A stretch of DNA of 64,000 nt from Eledone cirrhosa (taxonomy: Eukaryota). Positions 27,033 through 36,614 of this stretch are shown here, one piece after another. Where the stretch lies: assembly GCA_964016885.1 (NCBI GenBank), contig CAXHJY010000522.1, forward strand, positions 62,001 to 126,000, given 5' to 3'. The notes below the pieces were generated by a model. That model was given only the letters and a program-made list of their open reading frames with translations, was not told the DNA's origin and searched no databases. How positions within the stretch are numbered: position 1 is the stretch's first letter; each line of letters begins with the position of its first letter. The position numbers and the translations under genes are program-made.

Positions 27033-27660
27033 TCATCATTAAACTGAGGATGTCTGTATGTGTGTGTGTGTGTCTGTGAGTTTGAATCCCTAAAACTCGA
27101 GAAGTACCCAACCGATTTTTTTCAAACTTTACATGTGTATTACTTACGTTTCAGAGAGTGTTATGCACATAATTCAACTTTTTTATCCTCTCAGGCCCGC
27201 ATTAGGTGAAAAACTGCGTTTTTTCAGCTTTTTTAGGGTTTTTTTGAGGCGTTACGTCAGACTGATTTCCTTGAAATTGTAACTATGTATTAGTCAGTCT
27301 CTTCTTCATACCATGAGCAAAGAAAATCCAACTTTTTTATGGCCTAAGACCCGCATTTGGTGAAAAATTTCATTTTTTCAGCTTTTTAGGGCTTTTTTGA
27401 GGCGTTACGTCTAGCCGATATTCCCGAAATTTCAAGGCATATTATGCACATAAAAAAATTCGTTATTTCTTGATCCCCTAGGGGAAAACCTGTATTTTTC
27501 CTGCTTCATCGAGGAAAATCTCAAAGATTATCCAGTCATCAGAGTATTCGGTTTATTTTCTTTACATATGTCCAGGCATGCAGTTTTTCCATGATTAGGT
27601 CTATTGGCGGCCCGCGTTCCAAAATACCTTATCCCGTGCAACGCCGGGTACCACTGCTAG
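27033..27660 (+). mobile_element. Non-autonomous Helitron
   Basis: A|TC start followed by a (TG)-rich microsatellite; 3' GC-rich hairpin CCCGTGCAACGCCGGG then CTAG|T; internal tandem duplication of ~150 bp. Confidence 0.75.
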
Positions 27661-28211
27661 TAATATAATAAAGGGAGGAGTGTGTGCTTGTGTCCTGAAT
27701 ATATATTTTTATCCCATTAGTAAAATAAGTTGGATTACTTTGAAGAAATAATGAATGAATATTACATAATTTATGTTCTAAATTTTGTAGCTGTTGATTA
27801 AACAAATATTCTTATATATAATGATTGCTTATTTTAAGATTCACTTCTTTTAAAATTTTTAAATGTCAATACTTCCAGTTATGATATAATGTACGCTATA
27901 TCACATCGCTTATATAAACGTTCATATATTTGCATCGTTATATCATAACGTTTATATTTCTGTCGATAATTTTCTCCTTTTTCGTTTTCATTACATATCA
28001 CTGTAATGCAGTTTATATATAATATCATCTTTTTTAAATTACTGATTACACAAGAGAGTGTAACACAGTCTCTCTTCAATTTCTGTGCATATTCTCAATT
28101 ACGATTTTATTTGATGTATCATATCTAAATGCATATATATTTGCATATAATATCAATATGCACACTATACATGCTAGCAGAAAACCACCCGAATGGTGGT
28201 TTTTCTGCTAG
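27661..28211 (+). mobile_element. Second Helitron-like element abutting the first
   Basis: Begins TAATATAATAAAGGGAGGAGTGTG; ends in the hairpin CTAGCAGAAAACCACC-CGAAT-GGTGGTTTTTCTGCTAG|T. Confidence 0.5.
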
Positions 28212-28325
28212 TTATTGTAAAGAATTGTATTTTCAATGTGATTTAGTCATAGTGCTCTACTTTTCAAGAATGTCTTGCAGTGCAGCATTTTAATAGTTAA
28301 GCTATATAATGAAATGAAACCTTAC

Positions 28326-28448
28326 CAGTATCAAGGATCCTTATTTCTGACCCTTTACCTATAGTTGTGTCAAAGTTTGCCATAAGGGGGGCTATGTACT
28401 GCGTTGCCGTTAACCATTTGTGTAAAAATGGACTCATGTAGAGAAAAC
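28326..28448 (-). CDS. PLXDC2: PLXDC-like coding exon (NIDO-like region); most 5' exon found in the window
   Basis: Acceptor ttttttttAG, donor GTAAGG; 123 bp, phase 1 to 1. Translates (G)FLYMSPFLHKWLTATQYIAPLMANFDTTIGKGSEIRILDT(D), containing the PLXDC hallmark TATQYIAPLMANFD. Confidence 0.95.
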
Positions 28449-28611
28449 CTAAAAAAAAGGAAATAATATATCAATATAGCAATGAATTAATGACTTTGAA
28501 GAGAGAAGAAAAGAGGGAGACAAGAAAATAGACAAAGAGTAAAAATGAGGAGAGAGAGAGAAGGCAAATTAATATGCATGTGTGAATGTATAATAATCGT
28601 TTATACATATA

Positions 28612-28959
28612 CATCATCATCATTTCATCATTTCATTTTACGTCCGTTTTTTCCCTGCTTGCAAGGGTGGGACGGGAACTGATTCTGGCTTGATTTCTAC
28701 AGCTGGATGCCCTTCCTAACACCAACCTTATTTACAGTGAGTGCTGGGTGTTTTTTTGCCGTGGCACCTGCACGACCACTTTGCAGTGGAATGATATAGA
28801 CCCCAGTCCCTATCATCTCATTTCTACAGCTGAGTAAACTGGAGCAATGTGAAATAAAGTGTCTTGCTCAAGGAAACAACACATCACCCGGTCTGAGAAT
28901 TGAACTCACAACCTTTTGATTGCAAGGCCAATGCTCTAACCACTAAGCCATGTGCCTCC
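28612..28959 (-). mobile_element. tRNA-derived SINE, family 2 (RTE-UTR-like body and RTE 3' tail)
   Basis: Reverse complement of 31306-31650; head GGAGGCACATGGCTTAGTGGTTAGAGC..GAGTTCAATTCT; (GAT)n tail. Confidence 0.88.
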
Positions 28960-29010
28960 ATATATAAATATATATATGTATGTATAAACATAGAGTATGT
29001 ATATACATAG

Positions 29011-30650
29011 AGTCGACGAAGACGGAGGAATTGGGAATAGGGTATGGAGTTTTTGGTGTGTGTTGGATGGGAGGAGGTGAAGTCGAGATAAGATTGGGAG
29101 TCTGTTGGTTTAATGAAGATGGAAGTAGAGAGGGTGTGGTGAGAGTGATTAATAGAGAGATATCTAGAAAAGCGACAGAAGAATCAAAGACGGAGGTGGT
29201 GAAATTGAGAGCAGGATGGAAAGATTGGACAAAAGAAAGAAAAGTCGAGCTGTTCTCGTGATAGAGAGGTGGCGCCGATAGAGTCATTGATATAACGACC
29301 ATACAGCTCAGGAGTTGGTCCAGCGTACTGGGAGAAGATCTGTGCTTCGACGTAGCCAACAAACAAGTTGGCATAGTTTGGACCCATTCTGGTTCCCATT
29401 GGTTACCCCAGAGACCTGCTAGTAAAATTCACCCGAAAAAGAAAATCCATTAAGGGTGAGAACAAGCTCAGCCAGACGGAGAAGAGTGGTAGTACAGGGG
29501 TAAGGGGTAGGGCGTAAATCTAAAAATGCTGGAGAGCGCGGAGGCCGTCATCATGAGGGATGACGGTATAGAGAGAAGTGATGTCCAGGGTAAAGAGAAG
29601 GCGGGAGGGACCAGGAGGGAAGGAGAAAGAGTTGAACAGTCTAAGGGCATGATTTGTATCATGGATGCGGGAGGGGACATTGACGACCAACAGGGCGAGG
29701 ATGGTGTCTAAATATTCATTCAGAAATTATCTCGGTAGGGCAGTTTCACGCAGAAACGATAGGGCGGCCAGGATTATTTTGTTTGTGTATTTTGGGGGAG
29801 GAAGTAGATGGTGGGTGTGCGAGGGGAATGTACAACAAGGTGGTGGCTGTGGGGGGCAGGTGAGAGGAGGAGATGCGTTTGTGGATGGTGGAGGACACGA
29901 GTTGTTGGTAGCCAGGAGTGGGGTCGGGGCACGGTAAAAAATGGTATTGTGAAGCTGGCGGAAAGCCTCAGCCCTATAGAGGTCAGCGCTCCAAACCACC
30001 ACAGCGTAACCTTTGTCAGCGGGTTTGATGACAATGTCATCGCGACGCCGAAAGTTGCGAAGAGCGGTGAGCGGAGGGCTCAGTTCGCGTGATGTTAGAG
30101 TGACGAGAATGCTGGTGGAAACAGAACCAATTCACAGTAAGCCGGCAAGTATCGACAAAGGAGTCGAGGGTGCTGAACTGGCCAGAGCCCGGCATCCAAT
30201 GTGATTGCCGGCAACTGAGACAGGTGAAGTCATCTGTCTGTGTCGATAATGGCATGTCATGACACACATGCACACACATACAAACACGTGCTTACGCACG
30301 TGCTCAAGTATACCTCTTTTTACAAAACGTTTTTTTCCATTTCAGGTAGACGCGCTCCATCATCCACTTTTCTAAAAACCAAATCAAACACAAAACGCCA
30401 GCACCAACAGTTTTGCAAAAGATGTCAACATGAATGGACCTGTTATATCCATCTAAAGACATTTTTTTCCAATTCCATCCCGCCCGTCCCCTCAATCTAT
30501 ATTATTTCTCATTCTTTCTTCTGATGAAGGATTAGCGTCCGAAACGTTAAGACCCTCTTCCTGCTATATCAATCGTTTACATATTATATACCTTTCATAT
30601 ACTATACCGATTGTGTTGTTGTTATTTCTGTTTACCTTTTACATATAAAT
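29011..30650 (-). mobile_element. Penelope-like element: decayed RT fragment with an inverted terminal repeat carrying a hammerhead
   Basis: Minus-strand peptides IVIKPADKG.AVVVW..LY.AEA.RQL, MGTRMGPNYANLFVG..LYGRYIND and VAFLDI are Penelope-type RT motifs, frameshifted. Confidence 0.85.
30517..30552 (+). ncRNA. Minimal hammerhead ribozyme of the Penelope terminal repeat
   Basis: UCUU-CUGAUGA-AGGA-UUAGCG-UCC-GAAAC-GUU^-AAGA. Stem I UCUU/AAGA; loopless palindromic stem III (AACGUU), typical of PLE hammerheads. Confidence 0.75.
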
Positions 30651-30810
30651 ATATATATATACACACACACAAATAAATATATGCATATATACATACATAT
30701 ATATACATACATATTTACTGTTCACTTTCTTGACATTTGTATATTATTCTATGTACTATACATGCACCTTTGATGAGTTGTAGTGCACCTGAACACTGTA
30801 CACAATAATT

Positions 30811-30868
<58 letters not shown>

Positions 30869-30869
30869 T

Positions 30870-31151
30870 CAGGGGCGAAGGGTACGTGTATGCAACGTAT
30901 GCAGTGCATGTGTTATAGAATCTTGAGTTGATCAATTGCGTCGGTTGAAGCAAGCAGAATTTTGGCTGCTTACTAAATCGTAGACACATAAAAAGATAAC
31001 ACACACGCACACTAGATAACACTACATGCGGCTTTGACCGGGAGGGTCATATAGAGGGAATGGGGGGGGGGGGGGTAAGGCTGCACAGCCCCACTTTCCG
31101 CCATGGCGATTGGACTACATGCCCTGCTTTCCAGGTTACCCTTCGCCACTT
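30870..31151. mobile_element. hAT-like MITE inserted in (TA)n
   Basis: Terminal inverted repeats CAGGGGCGAAGGGTA and TACCCTTCGCCACT. Confidence 0.55.
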
Positions 31152-31305
31152 ACATATATATATACGCATACATATATATACATACATACATATGCAGACA
31201 TATATATATACATATATATACATACATATATATGCATATATATACATATATATACATACATATATATGCATATATATACATATATGCATATATATACACA
31301 TATAT

Positions 31306-31650
31306 GGAGGCACATGGCTTAGTGGTTAGAGCATTGGCCTTGCAATCGAAAGGTTGTGAGTTCAATTCTTAGACCGGGTGATGTGTTGTTTCCTCGAGCA
31401 AGACACTTTATTTCACATTGCTCCAGTTTACTCAGCTGTAGAAATGAGATGATAGGGACTGGACTGGGGTCCCTATCATTCCACTGCAAAGTGGTCGTGG
31501 AGGTGCCACGGCAAATAAGCACCCAGCACTCACTGGAAATGAGGTTGGTGTTAGGAAGGGCATCCAGCTGTAGAAATCAAGCAAGAATCAGTTCCCGTCC
31601 CACCCTTGCAAGCAGGGAAAAGTGGACGTAAAATGAAATGATGATGATGA
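31306..31650 (+). mobile_element. SINE family 2 copy
   Basis: tRNA-like head, body shared with LINE UTRs, and tail CCCGTCCCACCCTTGCAAGCAGGGAAAAGTGGACGTAAAATGA. Confidence 0.88.
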
Positions 31651-31834
31651 TATATACATACATATATATGCATACATATATATACATACATATATTTGCA
31701 TACATATATATACATATATATGCATACATATATATACATATATATGCATACATATACATATATATATATATATACATACATATATATATACATACATACA
31801 TATATATATACATATATACATATATACATACATA

Positions 31835-31889
<55 letters not shown>

Positions 31890-31929
31890 ATATATACATA
31901 CATATATATATACATATATATATACATAC

Positions 31930-31991
<62 letters not shown>

Positions 31992-32032
31992 ACATATATA
32001 TATATACATACATATATATATACATATATATA
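31651..32032. repeat. Compound (TA)n/(TACA)n microsatellite
   Basis: Direct inspection; source of the spurious YIYIH/MYVC ORFs. Confidence 0.95.
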
Positions 32033-33243
32033 TGGTGGCTGCCAACTCGTTTTCGAGTACGGCCACTACTTTATATCCATGTAGGAGAACCCCTACCGAT
32101 GCGCTGAACGAGTGTGACTTTTTAGTCCAGCCAGCGACTTGAAAACTCTGGTACAAACACTACACTTGTGACAATTACTGACACATAGTGCTGGGCCCAT
32201 GGTACCATGTGACGACAAGTGCAGAGAGATCTCCAGATATAAAGCAATGCCTGTGCCGTGAAGCTTTTATAGTGAGCAAAGGCACTGCACAAAGCCAGTC
32301 CCACTCTCTTAACCAAGATGATATTTACCAAAAAGAAGAACAAGTCAACATCATTGGATACCATCAGGGTTGCAGGTGTTATATCAGAGTTTTCCTTCTC
32401 CTAGAATTCTGCCTTGACAAAGGCTAAGGGGTCATCTCTCCCAGTGATTTTGGATGGCCATTGACTCTTAAGAGCTCCTTTGCCCTTTGACAGGTTTTGT
32501 TTTTAGTCCTGCAGGATGTCCAAAGTCACCCTCCTCACCAAGAAACCTTGGTGGGGTTGCCAGTTTAGTCGCCAACGACCCGACCATGAGACAGGTTGTA
32601 CTGGGATACATGATACATACATATTTACATACATGGTGGCTGCCAACTCGTTTTCGAGTACGGCCACTACTTTATATCCATGTAGGAGAACTCCTACCGA
32701 TGCGCTAAACAAGTGTGACTTTTTAGTCCAGCCAGCGACTTGAAAACTCTGGTACAAACACTACACCTGTGACAATTATTGACACATAGTGCTAGGCCCA
32801 TGGTACCATGTGACGACAAGTGCAGAGAGATCTCCAGATATAAAGCAATGCCTGTGCCATAAAGCTTTTATAGTGAGCAAAGGCACTGCACAAAGCCAGT
32901 CCCACTCTCTTAACCAAGATGATATTTACCAAAAAGAAGAACAAGTCAACATCATTGGATACCATCAGGGTTGCAGGTGATATATCAGAGTTTTCCTTCT
33001 CCTAGAATTCTGCCTTGACAAAGGCTAAGGGGTCATCTCTCCCAGTGATTTTGGATGACCATTGACTCTTAAGAGCTCCTTTGCCCTTTGACAGGTTTTG
33101 TTTTTAGTCCTGCAGGATGTCCAAAGTCACCCTCCTCACCAAGAAACCTTGGTGGGATTGCCAGTTTAGTCGCCAACGACCCGACCATGAGACAGGTTGT
33201 ACTGGGATACATGTTACCAGTAGCACCAACTGGTGACCTGACA
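32033..33243 (-). mobile_element. Tandem pair of a ~600 bp non-coding element (probably a non-autonomous RTE derivative); partial third copy at 41681-41906
   Basis: 32033-32612 and 32633-33243 are near-identical with a period of ~601 bp, separated by a TACA tract. The minus strand carries CTAGGAGAAGGAAAACTCTGA, which I recall as an RTE 5' UTR motif. Confidence 0.75.
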
Positions 33244-33310
33244 TATATACATACATACATATATACATACATACATATACATACATACATACATACATAC
33301 ATATACATAC

Positions 33311-33345
<35 letters not shown>

Positions 33346-33378
33346 CATACATATACATACATACATACATATATATAC

Positions 33379-33415
<37 letters not shown>

Positions 33416-33748
33416 CATATATACATACACATATATACATAAATTATCATCATCGTTTAACGTCTATCTTCCATGCAAGCATGAGTTAGACGGGTTTGTC
33501 CCATTTAGAGACAAGTTTAAGTTGGGTGAGTGACCATGTCTCGCTCATATATGACTGTTTCTGGCTGGTTTTCTATAGCTGGATGCCCCTCCTAGCATCA
33601 ACCACATTTTCAGTGTGTGCAGGGTGCTTTTTGCCATGTCTTTTACAAGACCACTTTACAGTGTGGGCTAGGTGCTTTTTTTTGTCTTGAACTTACACAA
33701 CCACTTTGCAGTGTGGCCTGGATGTTTTGTGGTACCAACATAACATAC

Positions 33749-33804
<56 letters not shown>

Positions 33805-33978
33805 TATATATTATTATATATTTGTGTGTACATACATATATCATCATCATCACCACCGTTTTACATCTATTTTCCATGGTACCTTGGGTTAGATGAGTTG
33901 TCCTTTTGTGGGCAATGCTAGGTTAGGTGACCATGTCTTGCTCATACAGGACTGATTTTGGTTTATATGTATATACAT

Positions 33979-34013
<35 letters not shown>

Positions 34014-34014
<1 letters not shown>

Positions 34015-34382
34015 GGGTCTGAGACTTGGACACTGACCAAGAAACTCACTCAGATGGTGGATGGGTGCTACACGAGAATGCTGAGGATGGCTCTGAACAT
34101 TAATCAGTATACACTGAGGATGAAAAACTCAGAGCTGTATGGGAGCATCACAAAAGTCAGCTCAAAAGTGACACAGAGGAGACTGAGGTTAGCTGGACAT
34201 GCTCACCGACATCCAGAGTTGACATTGCACTCAGTACTCCTTTGGGAACCCCTACATGGACACACTAGAAGAGGAAGACCAAGGTTAATGTATGTTGATG
34301 CAGGACATGGCAGCGATAATGAGGGACAGAGACCGCTGGAGAGAACTCGTCCATGGATCTCGGGAATTTTACCCGCCTTAGA
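34014..34382 (+). mobile_element. 3' fragment of a second RTE-type LINE family
   Basis: YGSETWTLTK..DGCYTRMLRMALN..RRLRLAGH..LLWEP..RGRP; inverted partial copy at 36289-36485. Confidence 0.85.
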
Positions 34383-34394
34383 TATATATATATA

Positions 34395-35820
34395 TATTAA
34401 CTGTTATAAGGGTAAAGGAGACGCCCTAGATAGGAGTAACTATAGAGGCATTGAATTAATCGACCAGGTCATGAAGGTCACGGAAAAAGTAATAGCGCAA
34501 CTAATCAGAGAGAGAATTGACCTAGATGAAATGCAGTTCGGGTTTGTGTCAGGCAAAAGTACCACAGACGCTCTTTTCATAGTACGACAACTACAGGAGA
34601 AGTACCTAGCTAAAGGTAAACCCCTCTACTTAGCTTTTGTCGACTTGGAGAAAGCCTTCGACAGAGTCCCCCGCTCCATTATCTGGTGGGCTCTTAGAAA
34701 ACTAGGCGTTGACGAATGGCTTGTGAGGGCTATACAAGCCATGTATAAAGAAACAGTCAGCAAGGTTAGAATTAACAACGAATATAGTGAAGAGTTTAGC
34801 GTAAAAGTTGGCGTCCATCAGGGCTCTGTTCTCAGCCCACTACTATTTATTATTGCCCTTCAGGCTATAACAGAGGAGTTCAAGACAGGCTGCCCATGGG
34901 AACTCCTATACGCAGACGACCTGACACTCATAGCGGAATCAATGGCCGAGCTAGAGAAGAAATTCCAAACATGGAAGCACGGCCTAGAGTCAAAAGGACT
35001 TAAAATTAACCTGGCTAAGACCAAAGTACTAGTTTGTAGGAAAGAAAACAAGGCGGCGGTCCCTTCTGGGAAATGGTCGTGCTCGGTGTGTAGGAAAGGC
35101 TTGCATGCTCCGCTGGATGTGTAACAGTAATATACGTGAACGGCAAAGCATAAACGAACTAAGGAAAAAATTAGAGATAAGAGGGATCAGATGTTGTTTA
35201 CTCGAGAGAAGGCTACGTTGGTATGGACACGTGATGCGCATGAAAGTCGATAGCTGTATAACAAAGTGCAGGGCAATAAAGATAGACGTTAGTCACGGAA
35301 TAGGCAGACCTAGAAAAACCTGGGACGAGCTGATAAACTCCGACATCACACACTTACACCTCTCCAAGACAATGTCACTGGACCGAGACCTTTGGCGGTA
35401 CTCAGTAACAGAGAAGACCCGCCTTACCTAAATATATAGTAAAACCTACTCCAGCCAGTAGGCATCTCTAACAAAATACACCCCGTCCCACCACTCCCAC
35501 CCCATCCACACCACCCCGTTCTATGTAAAGTTATGTTGGTGCCGCGCCATCGAGGCCGAAACAAATGAGATCGTGTAGGTGTCACGACAAAAAAACACAC
35601 AGTCCACGCTGTAATGTGGCCGTGTAGGCAACACGGTAAAAACCTCCCAGACCCACACTGTAAATGTGGTTGGTGTTAGGAAGGGCATCCAACTGTAGAA
35701 AACCTGCCAGACAGTCCTATGCGAGCAAGACAATCACTCTTGCCTCAAGTGGGACTACCCCCGTCCAAACCCATGCAAGCGTGGAACACGGACGTTAAAC
35801 GTTGATGATGATGATGATGA

Positions 35821-35823
<3 letters not shown>
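34395..35823 (+). mobile_element. 5'-truncated RTE LINE (subfamily B) with an internal deletion at ~35100
   Basis: RT motifs NCYKGKGD, AFVDLEKAFDRV, HQGSVLSP and LLYADD. The sequence jumps from CSVCRKG to CMLRWMC; (GAT)n tail. Confidence 0.92.
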
Positions 35824-35863
<40 letters not shown>

Positions 35864-36255
35864 TAGAGTAACTTTTACAAAGTTAGCTATGAGAGATTTC
35901 TAGCAGAGCAATCTAAAATAAACCCACTCTACCGTTAATTTCTCCATTACTCCAGATTTCTCTGATAACAAAATATTGGTGATTCCATAATATACAGTAG
36001 CCTATATTCAAGACTTTCAGACTCTTCAGATGGCTTCTTTGAAAGTATAAATAAATATTCACCTGTTAGTGGTTAGAAGAACTGTCCATTGCCATGCCCA
36101 CATGTTGCAGGTTTTCATGTGAGTGTACATCAATCAAACAAGTGTACACAGGACAGATACATTATACATATATATGGTATGTGTAGAGGTATTTATACTC
36201 ACACCTGGCCTGTTCACAGGAGATCCTAGCATGGAAGATGGGCGTTAACCAATGG

Positions 36256-36288
<33 letters not shown>

Positions 36289-36291
<3 letters not shown>

Positions 36292-36485
36292 AAGGCGGGT
36301 AACATTCCCGAGATCCATGGACGAGTTCTCTCCAGCAGTCTCTGTCCATCATTATCGCTGCCATGTCCTGCGTCTCCAACAGACCAGTGTCTGTCCTTAG
36401 GGCATCAACATACGTTAACCTTGGTCTTCCTCTTCTAGTGTGTCCATGTAGGGGCTCCCAAACAAGCACTGAGTGCAATGTCAAC
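36289..36485 (-). mobile_element. Inverted 3' fragment of the LINE family at 34014
   Basis: LHSVLVWEPLHGHTRRGRPRLTYVDALRTDTG..DRDCWR; same ..CCCGCCTTAGA(TA)n end. Confidence 0.85.
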
Positions 36486-36518
<33 letters not shown>

Positions 36519-36614
36519 CACACATATATACACACATATATACATACATATATACATACATATATACATATACACATATACATATATATATACATAAACA
36601 CACATACATACATA

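Noticed and set aside
31306-31380. tRNA-like sequences at SINE heads
   Set aside because: A/B boxes are present but they run straight into SINE bodies without a proper cloverleaf; not tRNA genes.
35095-35105. Internal LINE deletions (also 45093 and 59234) as possible spliced retrocopies
   Set aside because: Compared with fuller copies, the two junctions checked (35100, 59234) are not bounded by GT-AG; ordinary or microhomology deletions are more likely.
33958-35124. 388 aa ORF suggesting a novel fused retroelement protein
   Set aside because: Chance in-frame join of a microsatellite and two unrelated LINE fragments.
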